Shown: positions 1-12,300 of the stretch, piece after piece
Layout of the letters: each line of letters begins with the position of its first letter
Position numbering within the stretch: the stretch's first letter is position 1
Assembly: GCA_905178155.1 (NCBI GenBank)
Contig: CAJINV010000003.1
Span: 239,423 to 265,440, forward strand
DNA from: Amoebophrya sp. A120
Taxonomy: Eukaryota > Protista > Dinoflagellata
DNA length: 26,018 nt
Direction: 5' to 3'
Notes under the pieces: generated by a model
What the model was told of the DNA's origin: nothing
The model's database searches: none
What the model saw: only the letters and a program-made list of their open reading frames with translations
Program-made: the position numbers and the translations under genes

Positions 1-1706
1 GGTGGCCCAAATCTGGAATTGCCTCGCGCCGGCCCCCGGCGAGAGTCTTTGGGGTACTATGGCATCGTGGTAACCAAAATCTAGAATTGCCTCGCGCCGG
101 CCCCGGCACAAGCTTTAGGGCAGTATAGCACCGGGGTGGCCAAAATCTGGAATTGCTTCGCGCCGGCCCCGGCACAAGCTTTGGGGAAGCATAGCATCGG
201 AGTGCCTAAAATCTGGAATGGCCTCTCGCAGGGCCCCGGCAGAGGTTTTGGGGCACTACTTATAGCATCGTGGTAACCAAAATTTAGAATTTCCTCTCGC
301 CGGGCTGCGGCAGAGGCTTTGGGGCAGTATAGCATCGTGGTAACCAAAATCTAGAATTTCTTCTCGCCATGCCCCGGCACACGCCTTGGGGCAGTATAGG
401 ATCGGGGTGGCTAAAGTCTGGAATGGCCTGTCGCCGGGCCCCGGCAGAGGTTTTGGGGCACTATAGCATCGTGGTAACCAAAATCTGGAATTTTCTCTCG
501 CCGGGCTGCGGCAGAGGCTTTGGGGCAGTATAGCATCGTGGCAACCAAAATCTAGAATTTCAAAACCATGCATGCCCGGAAACAAGCTTTGGGGCAGTAT
601 AGCATCGGGGTTGCTAAAATCTGGAATGGCCTCTCGCCGGGCCCCGGCAGAGGTTTTGGGGCACTACAGCATCGGGGTGGCCAAAATCTGCAATTGCCTC
701 GCGCCGGGCCCCGGCAGAGGCTTTGGGGCAGTATAGCATCGGGTTGGCTAAAATCTGGAATTGTCTCTCGCCATACCCCGGCACAAGCTTTGGGGCAGTA
801 TAGCATCGTGGTAACCAAAATCTGGAATTGCCTTTCGCCGGGCCCCGGCAGAGGCTTCTGGGCAGTATAGCATCGTGGTGGCCAAAATCTGGAATTTTTC
901 CTCTCGCCGGGCTGCGGCAGAGGCTTTGGGGCAGTATAGCATCGTGGTAGCCAAAATCTAGAATTTCTTCTCGCCATGCCCCGGCACAAGCCTTGGGGCA
1001 GTATAGGATCGGGGTGGCTAAAATCTGGAATGGCCTCTCGCCGGGCACTGGCAGAGGTTTTGGGGCACTATAGCATCGTGGTAACCAAAATCTGGAGTTG
1101 CCTCTCGCCGGGCTGCGGCAGAGGCTTTGGGGCAGTATAGCATCGTGGCAACCAAAATCTAGAATTTCAAAACCATGCCCCGAAACAAGCTTTGGGGCAG
1201 TATAGCATCGGGGTTGCTGAAATCTGGAATGGCCTCTCGCCGGGCCCCAGCAGAGGTTTTGGGGCACTATAGCATCGTGGTAACCAAAATCTAGAATTTC
1301 CTCTCGCCGGGCTGCGGCAGAGGCTTTGGGACAGTATAGCAGCGTGGTAACCAAAATCTAGAATTTCTTCTCGCCATGCCCCGGCACAAGCTTTGGGGCA
1401 GTATAGCATCGGGGTGGCCAAAATCTGGAATTGCCGCGCGCCGGGCACTGGGAAAGGCTTCGGGGCACTATAGCATCGGGGTGGCCAAAATCTGCAATTC
1501 CCTCGCGCCGCGCCACGGCAGAGGCTTTGGGGCAGTATAGCATCGGGTTGGCCAAAATTTGGATTTGGCTCTCGACGGGCCCCGGCGCAGACTTTGGGGC
1601 AGCATAGCATCGGGGTGGCCAAAATCTGGAATTGCCTCTCGCCCGGCCCCGGCAGAGGCTTTGGGGGGAGTGTAGCATTGGGGTGGCCAAAATCTGGAAT
1701 TGCTTT
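1..1706. repeat. Tandem repeat family A, 67-bp unit, ~25 diverged copies, truncated by the window start
   Basis: GCA(G/C)TATAG recurs at 324, 391, 458 and 525 (67-bp steps). Approximate consensus GCAGTATAGCATCG(G/T)GGT(G/A)(G/A)CCAAAATCTGGAATTGCCTCTCGCCGGGCCCCGGCAGAGGCTTTGGG. Ends abruptly near 1706 into AT-rich unique DNA. Confidence 0.97.
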
Positions 1707-3587
1707 TTGCCGATGCCGAATGAGGCCTTGCATTAAAAAAAGGAGGTTGGAGTTTCACCTGTATGTCGCAACTTTGGCGCTTGTGCAAGAATAATATTAA
1801 TATGGAGTTTGTATGTATTTACAACTCATCATCATCTTCATCTACGATCCAGGAAGTTCACATTTCAACAGCGGCTTCGGTTTTTTTTCAAGCGACTAGA
1901 ATTAAATCGCGATAAGAACTAGAACGTAGCGAAATCTTCGGCAAGACTTCTACAATGAACGTATGGTAGCGAATACCATGATACACGTCCAAGTTCATTG
2001 AAGAAGAAGGAGATAGTGAGAGGCAAGAACGTTCCGCGGGGACCAATATTACCAAACTTTCTTCGCAAAGATAAACCTGCAACTATTCACGTGATACCAG
2101 CTCCCGACGTGTTCCTTCGGTCCGTCGTTGTTTCGGGCAGCATGTGATCGGCGTCGCATTCGTTTTTGCCAAATGTGAGTCGCCCAAAATTTGCATTCCC
2201 AACTGAGTAGTCACTTTTTTGAAGTATTTTTTTCTTCTCAGCATACTGCAGAAACCGATTTTCTGTTCCATGTGTTTTTTTTGCAATTGTCGATTGGCAT
2301 CGGGTATTCCTGTCGTACTTTTTGAGTTGCTTCTGCCCTCCGAGTACATGTATTTTTTTTGATTTTTCTTATGTTGAAAAGTCATTTATCATACGTGAGA
2401 AAGTAACAAGCTGCACGACACGTAGTGATTCTCATTTGGTTGTGAGTGTACAATGTGAATAGATTCCAATTTGCATGCCAACCGAAGTCGATTTCAGGTC
2501 GCGGGAAGTAATTTCAGCCTGATTGCTTTTTTTATCGTTTCCAGGAGCATGACTCACCTCGTCTGCAAAGTAGCTTTCAGTTCTCTCCACTTCTTTTCCC
2601 TAACCATTACCGCAAGTGTTTTCGTAGTCGCGCCTCTACTGACAGCATAACTCAGCAACTCGTAGCCGCGCTCTAGCCCTCTTTTCGTGTAAAGTGGTCT
2701 TGTCATAGTCCTGCTGTGTTCCTGTAGTCTACACGATGCGCACATAGTCATGCAATGGTTGGATATTGATACTGTTACTGAGCAATACGTACACAGTTTA
2801 GTTGCACCCACAGTTGAACTGGGATAATCATTAAGAATCAAATTGTTTGAAACGAAAAAATCGCACACGTCTCACGTTCTGTTCTACTTAGAAGCCCGAA
2901 CAGTGTACAAAGACAAACAAAACGAAAACCTCGAGTCGAAATTGCGAAAACGTAGCTTATCGCGGGATCTGTCCTCGACCAGGCAGCACTTTGAAACTGC
3001 GTTGAAACCGCCGTCGAAGTTCGCTAGTAACAAAAAAAACCTTTTTGACTTGCGTGCAAAGATGAATCGCCGCTCACCCCCTGCATTCGCAGGGGCGCCT
3101 CAAGTAAAGGTGCCGCAGTTAGGAGATGTCGTGATCGGAAATGATAGCGGGGATCGCAAAATTCCGGTCGTGGCGCCCAAGGCCAATCCGCTTGGGTTTG
3201 GGGCTGCTGCGCCACGCTTCTGCGGTATTGAATCAGACTTATTGCGTTTTTTTTACTTGACGAGTTGGACCTGGAGTGAGCCCACCCCAACTACCAGAGA
3301 CTTGCAAAATTCGTTTTTGTAGTACCATGAGCACGAAGTCGAAGAGGACGAAGGGATGCGAAAAAAGAAATGAAAAATACAACCATGATACAGATTTCAA
3401 TCCACGGCCGCGAACCGACACAAAGCATCCATCCTACATGCGACCCGCGATTCCCCTTATGCAGAGAAAATGTTGTGGTTGAGAATTTGAATTAACAGAA
3501 CCGGCATGTGTAAATAAAGACTCGAAGCACAACTCATGAGCCAATTTTTTGCGATCGTGGAGCTGGGTGTAAGCAGATGCAGAATAC

Positions 3588-4203
3588 GTGGCTAGCTTGT
3601 TTAAATTATACCGCACATGGCATAAGCCGTTTTTGTACCAGTTCCGGTGCTTAGGTACTTGTCTTGCCGACAGTATATGGAATGGTGGAGGAGTAAGTGT
3701 GGATTTGCGACAAGAATCTTGTGCTGCGCTCAACAATGATTTTCATTGCATAAGAGGTGCGGTTGTGGTTAACGGCGCGTGTGTTCTACCAAGCAGATTG
3801 GCTTCCCCTAGCGAGAACGTGGAGGAATTACCGGCGAAAAACGGTGACAAACCGCCACTGTCTGTACCATCACGCGAATTGCTCCGCTTCTACAATACGA
3901 ACCAGCACCCAGCTCGGATCCCCATGAATCCGCATAGCATGATGAAGATGAATAAGCGGGAGCGGATTCACACCCCATTGTTTTCGCCGGACGCGGATTC
4001 CGCGTCCGCATCGGCGTCGGTTTCTCCAGGTATTGCTCCTGCGCCCAAACAACTACGACACATCTCCGGCAATCCACACAGCGAAAACGACCAGCTGGTC
4101 GCAAACAGTCACTTGAAAAACAACCTCGAAGCACAGTTTGGAGAGCAGGTCGACAACAAGGCCTCGAAATTTCTTTCAAGAAACGAGGTAAATTTTTCTT
4201 TTG
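3588..4203 (+). CDS. Candidate upstream exon of an unknown multi-exon gene; true 5' boundary unknown
   Basis: 206-codon open frame whose 3' half is S/P/N-rich and protein-like. Donor GT at 4204 (phase 1, with acceptor AG ending 4257) or GTAAAT at 4188 (phase 0, with AG ending 4259) joins in frame to the next ORF. Confidence 0.35.
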
Positions 4204-4257
4204 GTTAGGCGTCGTCGCCTTCAACTTTCTCGTCGCCTTCATCTTTCTCATTGCAAG

Positions 4258-4904
4258 AGCCGGACAAATACGATTATGCTACAATTGTTGTTGTCAGGAC
4301 GACGATGTCGCTCACCAGAAAACAAAACATACACTCACAACAGCGTCGAATTCGGAAGATCTTTGGATCTTCGGTTTTCCTGTTCGGGGGCACATTCTGC
4401 AAAGTCACGAAACTGCGATTTCCACCCCAGGACGAGCAGGTGACAAGTCCGGATAGCCGTCTCGACGCCTGCAAGCGTCACTTTCGGGAGGCGCAAATTC
4501 TCCACGCAATGAAGGCTGCATCTACAACGACATTTACCATTGACGACTACCTGGTCACCGCGTACGGGCCGTTCGCCAGCACGCCCGAAGTTGCTGCCCA
4601 ATCTCCAACACCCTGCATCTGCGTTGCGACGCCAGGCACCGTCTTCCGGGCGTGTGCGGCTAGGACCCCGAAGGCGTTCAAAGATTTTCTGAAATCTGCA
4701 GAGGGGGCGGATCGGAATTTGATGTACCTTGATGTTTCCACTTTTAGATCTACGTACAGTTATGGAATAGGCGTTGCTGCTTCGATTTGTGAGCATAAAA
4801 CAAAGACTTCCAGCAATGCGATGATGAAGGAGAATGACGTTGCACATGAAATCAAGAAAACAAATAAAACAACAGCGCAAAAACGGGGTCGGTCCATTGG
4901 AGCG
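4258..4904 (+). CDS. Candidate internal exon, hypothetical protein
   Basis: Part of the 221-aa ORF 4251-4916. Pyrimidine-rich acceptor before 4258. Donor GTATGC at 4905 is phase 0 and in frame with the acceptor AG at 5223-5224. No recognised domain. Confidence 0.45.
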
Positions 4905-5224
4905 GTATGCGAGTAATCGTCTATTAAGTAGATAAAGACTCTCAGGTTTCTCCCTTGCCAATAAAATTCGGAAAATTTTGGCTATACACGAATAAACACT
5001 ATAATTGATCACGGCTTGAGATCGAGTTGGTGACAGTACTGGTATGCAGTTCAATGTGTGCATTTTATGAAAACGAAACTTTTTATATGAGGTTGAGGAT
5101 AGGCATAGGAAATGGAAATAGGAATTGTAAATAAAAAAGACTAACAAGACGACGAAGCACACGGTGGCCAAGACCACGAGTGACCTGAGTCGATCATGTA
5201 GAATGTTTTTTCCTTCGCATAAAG

Positions 5225-6046
5225 ATGGACAACGGCCTCGTTACCGACGCGCGAACCGGAAAGGTCTTCATGATCTCCGCGCCCAAGACCGTTCCGGTGG
5301 GATCTTTTAGCAACGAGCGGTACGGGACGCAGTGCTGTTCCCCCACTTCGCGACTCACACGAACTACCGAGGTCGAAAAACTCCCAGTCACCGCGACGGT
5401 AGATTTGCCCGGAATTGCGTTCTACGCGATCTTCAACCTCATCGGGTCCAACAAAAAAGATGTTTCGATCAACGCGTATTTTGAGAAACGAGCTTCGGGA
5501 AATCTCCGCTTTGGTGAGGAACAGCAACTTAGCCACTCAAAAAACATCCTCCGCGGTTTGATCGAGGCTCTGAAGAAGGAGTCGAACAGGATTAAACAAG
5601 GAGGTAGAATCGATTTCAGGAAAAAAGTAACAATCCGACCGCTCACGAAAACCGATGCGACATCTCGTAAGGGGAATCTGCACGACTGGTGCATGTCCAT
5701 CGCGGAAACAATCAGCAAAATGATCATCTTCAATAGCCGGAACAACTCGAAGATTGGTGACCGTGATGCTATGCGAATGAGGGATCAAATCCGGGCCGAT
5801 GAAATCACCACCGCGGAGTGCTTAGATTATCTCTCCCTGCTGCTCTCCGAGGGGCACTTAATCGACCCCCTCACCCGGAAGGAACTGGTTTTGACGCCGA
5901 AGTTCGAAGTCGGATCCCTGCCGAGCCTCGCACAAGAAGATGACAACGGCAACGACTCCTCTGTTACGTTCGGCAAGTACGTTGAGTACACGGTGAACGA
6001 AATGATTGCGTGCAGATTCGGAGAGAAGGTTGGTCAGGAGAAGTAA
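5225..6046 (+). CDS. Hypothetical protein, probably a terminal exon; C-terminus resembles a degenerate HNH/beta-beta-alpha-Me nuclease-like domain
   Basis: 273-aa ORF in non-repetitive DNA with globular composition and AT-rich flanks, preceded by TTTTTTCCTTCGCATAAAG. The domain call is by eye only (EITTAECLDYL..EG..DPLTRKELVL..PSLAQEDDNG..YVEYTVNEM). Confidence 0.65.
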   Translation: MDNGLVTDARTGKVFMISAPKTVPVGSFSNERYGTQCCSPTSRLTRTTEVEKLPVTATVDLPGIAFYAIFNLIGSNKKDVSINAYFEKRASGNLRFGEEQQLSHSKNILRGLIEALKKESNRIKQGGRIDFRKKVTIRPLTKTDATSRKGNLHDWCMSIAETISKMIIFNSRNNSKIGDRDAMRMRDQIRADEITTAECLDYLSLLLSEGHLIDPLTRKELVLTPKFEVGSLPSLAQEDDNGNDSSVTFGKYVEYTVNEMIACRFGEKVGQEK

Positions 6047-8265
6047 CAGCTCCTGGTGAGCATCAACAAGCAGTTGTAGTATTGTTTATGATGCCCAACA
6101 AACTCCAATATGACACACGACTTTGATTTATACTTTATATGTGCGTGAGGCAGAACGAAAGCCGAAGCCGAACGAGAAACGGTCTGGGAGCCTGCTATAG
6201 TGCGTGCCTTGCGCGCGCCATGGCAGATTCTCAACTGCAAACGATATTTCGCTAAAGCACTAAACCATTTCAATTTTTGAAAATACATTTTATGTTTATA
6301 TAAACTCGTCTGTTTCAATTCGAGTTAATCTTAATTTTCATGTGGTCTGCAAAGAAGAAGATAAAAAAACTTCACACGCACTAGTGCGAAACCCGCACAA
6401 CCCTAGATAATCGGACGTGCAAACCACTAGTACCCCTTCGAATGAAATCGAACATTCCTCCATTTTCGAGCACTCTAGTAATGAATGACTGGCACAGAAA
6501 ATCTTCTTCATGCAAAAAAGGTTAAGAGGCAGAGGCTGCAATATAGGCTCCAAGATAATGTCATAATTTCCGCAACAGAATTGCAATTTCTGGGGGTGCA
6601 TAAAATCCAATCAGTCGCGTTTTGAGAATATAGTTTGTGTATGATAAATGATTGTTGCATAGACATAGAGAGGCATATGCTATAATACCGGGGTTGGTTG
6701 AAATAGATTGTCATAGAGGTATAAATCCATTATTTGGGAAAAAGAAAAGAATGAAACAATAGCAACATAAGATGGACCAAATTTGTTCGATTCAAATAGA
6801 AAGGCAGCATGGGATACACACAGAAAGCAAAATGTCATTCCTATCAAATTTTACCTCAGCTTTCGGAAGCAAAGCCATATTCACAGGAGATATCCACACT
6901 TTGGAAAAAAATACAGCCAAGATATTGGTCTACTTCTCTATCGCCGGGTGATCAAATAATACCAATGATGACGACGGTAATTTGATGGTGCATGCCCGAT
7001 CGTGTTCCTCTGAACAGGTTCATTGAATAACATAAAAGATGTATTTGTTCTAGTCTTTGTCGTCAATCCGAATCGTATTCGTATCGTGCATATGTCCTGT
7101 TTCTGTTTGGGTGCGATATAGTTATTGCTTGAGGCGGTAACCCTGTGTCCGGTTTGTTTTCGGAGTCGGTTGTTTGTCTCGGTGAACAGGATGCGTTCGA
7201 AGTCTGCTCAAGTCAATTTAATGCCCTGCTCACGCGGTCTCGGTCAACAACAAGCTCAATAGGTACGATGGTCTCTGCTCCGAAAAAGAGTGAATCTATT
7301 CAAGGTTTCTGGTGTCGTTCCACTGTTTATGAATAACAATGGAGAAGGAAACAGCTCTCGTCACGTTCTTCATTGTATCAGTGGCTCTTATCTTCATATC
7401 GTCCAGTGAACCTGCTCGCAACCCGGTTTTCTTTGTTTCGAGGGTATTTATAGCGTTCCAGAGTCGAAGACTTAGCTGCATGGTGTAGCATGACACTCAG
7501 TCACGTTTGTTTTTTTTGTGCAGTGTTGTAGTTGTTTGTAAGTATGTATCCTGAGTAAGCCGTCTGAGAATGAGGATGAGGATCAACTGCCATGTTGCGC
7601 TCAGCGTGACAAGCAGTGCGACCACAACATACTCATCTCTAGACAACTAAGCAGAGGAATAAGATGTGTCAGCTGGCATTTGTTATTGTTGCGGCGCGGC
7701 GTGACGAATTGGGACTCTGGCCGATGCGGATATTCGGATGGCACCATGCCGCTGGAACTGGCATAGGCATTTGTGGACACAGCGGCAATAATTTCGGGAC
7801 TCCAGCAACTGGGCACACAGAAACATTGTGTTGTCATTTTTTGCTGCTTTAGGCAGCCTATCGCCATGAGCGATGCTGTGATACATTGGAAACGATAACA
7901 AGATGAAGCTGCATGCCAGCCGCTGCCTCCTGTCACAGTGGGGGACAAGTGAGTGCATTCTAGCCGCTCGGCTTGACCAGCACTACTGGCTCTGCGTCAC
8001 ACCGCCGGCAGCCGCCGGAGCACGCAAAAAAAGAGACACAGTTCAGGAAAAGGCGGTGCCAAGCGGGTACTGGTTTCGCGAACCGGAAGGGGCCGCAACA
8101 TGCGTCACTCGTTAGCTACCTTCGGTTAGCACGAGGTGGAGGCAAGCGGCCGAACAAGGAACAAAATGACTGCGGAGGGAGCATGCAGAAAAGTAACGGT
8201 AACGACCTGGTAGTAGCACCAGGAGGTGGACTAAAGCGGCTGCCCCGTTCGCAAGTCGGCCACTG

Positions 8266-9312
8266 CCCGAACATGCGGAAACGGGCCCACCGGGTAGCAC
8301 TAGCTGCAGGAGCAGAGGAGAGCGACCGTCCTAGTCGCAGATTATCAGCGGTGGCTCGAACATGCAGAAACGGGGCCACCTGGTGGCTGGGCGTCCGTGG
8401 GGTTCTGCTCGCAAATCGGTGGTGGCCCCGACATGTAAGTAGAAACGTGACCACTGGGTGGCAGGACGTAGGGGAGGACGGCCTTACTGGTCACAAATCG
8501 ACGTCGACCCGAACATGCAGAAACGGGACCGCCCGGGTGGCAGGGCGTGGGGTTCTGCTCGCAAATCGGTGGTCGCCCGAACATGCAGAAACGGGACACA
8601 TGCAGAAACGGGGCCACCGGGTGGCAGGACGTAGGGGAGGCAGCTTTTCTGGTCGCTAATCGGCGTCGACCGGAACATTCAGAAACGGGACCACCCGGGC
8701 GGCGGGGCGTCGGGTTCTGATCGCAAATTGGCGTCGACCCGAACACGCAGAAACGGGACCACCCGGGTGGCAGGGCGCCGCGTTTTGCTCGCAAATTGGC
8801 GTCGAGCCGAACATGCAGAAACGGGACCACCCGGGTGGCAGGGCGCCGGGTTCTGCTCGCAAATCGGCGCCGAGCCGAACATGCAGAAACGGGACCACCC
8901 GGGCGGCAGGGCGCCGGGTTCTGCTCGCAAATCGGCGNNNNNNNNNNNNNNNNNNNNNNNNNNNNNNNNNNNNNNNNNNNNNNNNNNNNNNNNNNNNNNN
9001 NNNNNNNNNNNNNNNNNNNNNNNNNNNNNNNNNNNNNGGGACCACCCGGGCGGCAGGGCGCCGGGTTCTGCTCGCAAATCGGCGTCGAGCCGAACACGCA
9101 GAAACGGGACCACCCGTGTGGCAGGACGTCGGGTTCTGCTCGCAAACCGGCGCCGAGCCGAACATCCATGCAGAAACGGGTGGGGCCACCCGGGTGGCAG
9201 GGCGTCGGGTTCTGCTCGCAAATCGGCGTCGAGCCGAACATGCAGAAACGGGACCACCCGGGTGGCAGGGCGTCGGGTTTTGCTCGCAAATCGGCGTCGA
9301 GCCGAGCATGCA
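8266..9312. repeat. Tandem repeat family B, 68-bp unit, left edge degenerate, interrupted by an assembly gap
   Basis: GAACA(T/C)GCAGAAACGGG at 8741, 8809 and 8877 (68-bp steps), also at 8358, 8511, 8580, 9092 and 9236. The unit contains the palindrome CCACCCGGGTGG. Confidence 0.95.
8938..9037. other. Assembly gap (100 N, unknown size)
   Basis: Exactly 100 N. The 47 bp left of the gap (8891-8937) are identical to the 47 bp right of it. Confidence 0.99.
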
Positions 9313-12300
9313 TCTACCGAAGTTTGGCGGAGCGTGGTTGACTTTTCACGACCTCTTCCGAACGCCTTCCAGAGGCGCCTGTTTTGGGTACACTCGGCCT
9401 GGCCACAGCATCGGAGTTTAAGGGAGCGTGGCTGATTTTTCACGCGCTCGTCCGACCGCCCTCCGAAAGCGCCCTTTTTTGGCACACGGAGATTGGCCAC
9501 AGCATCGGAGTTTGGGTCTGCGTGGTTGACTTTTCGCGCGCCCTTCCTACCGGCGTTCGGAGGCGCCAGCTTTTGCCACACTGGAACGGGCCATAGCATC
9601 CGAGTTTGGGGGAGCGTGGTTGACTTTTCACGAGCTCGCCCGACCGCCCTCCGAAGGCGCCATTGATTTTTTGGCACACGGGGATTGGCCATCGCATCGG
9701 AGCTCGGGTCTGCGTGGTTGACTTTTCGTAAGCTCTCCGTCCCAACTGGCCGCCGGAGGCGCTAGTTTTTGGCAAGCTTGGGCCGCCCACAGCATCGGGG
9801 TTTGGGTCTGCGTGGTTGACTTTTCGCGAGTCCGCTCGATCGGCGTCCGAAAGTGCCAGTTCTGAGCACACTGGGACTCACCATAGCATTGGAGTTTGGG
9901 TCAGCGTGGTTGACTTTTCCTGGGCCCGCCCGATCGGCGTCAAAAATTGCGAGTTTTGAGCACACTGGGACCCACCATAGCGTCGGGGACCGGGTGCCCG
10001 TGGTTGACTTTTTACGAGCCTCTCCGACCGGCTTCCGGGATCGCGAGCGTTTGGCACGCTGGGATTGGCCATAGCTTCGGAGTTTCGGTCTGCGTGGTTG
10101 ACTTTTCGCGACCCCGCCTGATCGGCGTCAAAAATTGCGAGTTTTGAGCACACCGGGACCCACCATAGCATCTGGGTTTGGGTAGGCGTGGTTGACTTTT
10201 TACGAGCCTCTCCGACCGGCTTCCTGGAGCACCAGTTTTTGGCACGCTGGGATCGGCCATAGCGTCGGAGTTTGGGTCTGCGTGGTTGACTTTTCGCGAC
10301 CCCGCCTGATCGGCGTCAAAACGTGCTAGTTTTGAGCACACCGGGACCCACCATAGCATCGGGGTTCGGGTAGCCGTGGTTGAGTTTTTGCGAGCCTCTC
10401 CGACCGGCTTCCTGGAGCGCCATTTTTTGGCGCGCTGGGATTGGCCATAGCGTCGGGGTTTAGGTCTGCGTGGTTGACTTTTCGTGAACCCGCCCGATCG
10501 GCGTCCGAAGGCGCCGGCTTTGGGCGCGCTAGGACTCACCATAGCATCGGGGTTCGGGTAAGCGTGGTTGACTTTTTACGAGCCTCTCCGACCGGCTTCC
10601 TGGAGCGCCAGTTTTTGGCACGCTGGGATCGGCCATAGCATCGGAGTTTGGGTCTGCGTGGTTGACTTTTCGCGACCCCGCCTGATCGGCGTCAAAAATT
10701 GCCAGTTGACTTTTTACGAGCCTCTTCGACCGGCTTCCTGGAGCGCCAGTTTTTGGCACGCTGGTATCGGCCATAGCATCGGAGTTTGGGTCTGCGTGGT
10801 TGACTTTTCGCGACCCCGCCTGATCGGCGTCAAAAATTGCTAGTTTTGAGCACACCGGGACCCACCATAGCATCGGGGTTCGGGTAGCCGTGGTTGAGTT
10901 TTTGCGAGCCTCTCCGACCGGCTTCCTGGAGCGCCATTTTTTGGCGCGCTGGAATTGGCCATAGCGTCGGGGTTTAGGTCTGCGTGGTTGACTTTTCGTG
11001 AACCCGCCCGATCGGCGTCCGAAGGCGCCGGCTTTGGGCGCGCTAGGACTCACCATAGCATCGGGGTTCGGGTAGGCGTGGTTGACTTTTTACGAGCCTC
11101 TCCGACCGGCTTCCTGGAGCGCCAGTTTTTGGCACGCTGGGATCGGCCATAGCATCGGAGTTTGGGTCTGCGTGGTTGACTTTTCGCGACCCCGCCTGAT
11201 CGGCGTCAAAAATTGCCAGTTGACTTTTTACGAGCCTCTTCGACCGGCTTCCTGGAGCGCCAGTTTTTGGCACGCTGGTATCGGCCATAGCATCGGAGTT
11301 TGGGTCTGCGTGGTTGACTTTTCGCGACCCCGCCTGATCGGCGTCAAAAATTGCCAGTTGACTTTTTACGAGCCTCTTCGACCGGCTTCCTGGAGCGCCA
11401 GTTTTTGGCACGCTGGTATCGGCCATAGCATCGGAGTTTGGGTCTGCGTGGTTGACTTTTCGCGACCCCGCCTGATCGGCGTCAAAAATTGCCAGTTGAC
11501 TTTTTACGAGCCTCTTCGACCGGCTTCCTGGAGCGCCAGTTTTTGGCACGCTGGTATCGGCCATAGCATCGGAGTTTGGGTCTGCGTGGTTGACTTTTCG
11601 CGACCCCGCCTGATCGGCGTCAAAAATTGCTAGTTTTGAGCACACCGGGACCCACCATAGCATCGGGGTTCGGGTAGCCGTGGTTGAGTTTTTGCGAGCC
11701 TCTCCGACCGGCTTCCTGGAGCGCCATTTTTTGGCGCGCTGGAATTGGCCATAGCGTCGGGGTTTAGGTCTGCGTGGTTGACTTTTCGTGAACCCGCCCG
11801 ATCGGCGTCCGAAGGCGCCGGCTTTGGGCGCGCTAGGACTCACCATAGCATCGGGGTTCGGGTAGGCGTGGTTGACTTTTTACGAGCCTCTCCGACCGGC
11901 TTCCTGGAGCGCCAGTTTTTGGCACGCTGGGATCGGCCATAGCATCGGAGTTTGGGTCTGCGTGGTTGACTTTTCGCGACCCCGCCTGATCGGCGTCAAA
12001 AATTGCCAGTTGACTTTTTACGAGCCTCTTCGACCGGCTTCCTGGAGCGCCAGTTTTTGGCACGCTGGTATCGGCCATAGCATCGGAGTTTGGGTCTGCG
12101 TGGTTGACTTTTCGCGACCCCGCCTGATCGGCGTCAAAAATTGCCAGTTGACTTTTTACGAGCCTCTTCGACCGGCTTCCTGGAGCGCCAGTTTTTGGCA
12201 CGCTGGTATCGGCCATAGCATCGGAGTTTGGGTCTGCGTGGTTGACTTTTCGCGACCCCGCCTGATCGGCGTCAAAAATTGCCAGTTGACTTTTTACGAG

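Noticed and set aside
1888-2868. Possible minus-strand spliced gene (GTGAGT donor at 2557, TTGCAG acceptor at 2077)
   Set aside because: Short ORFs, no consistent frame chain and no recognisable domain.
2843-3482. Possible first exons (ATG 3062, MNRRSPPAF...) of the 3.6-6.0 kb gene
   Set aside because: Plausible, but I could not build an in-frame splice path to the next exon.
6047-8265. Short ORFs in the AT-rich stretch before family B
   Set aside because: No coding signal or motif recognised. The 7973-8659 ORF runs into degenerate repeat units.
8891-9084. Identical 47-bp sequences on either side of the N run as a target-site duplication
   Set aside because: Explained by contig ends falling within the same tandem array. 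The true length of array B is unknown.
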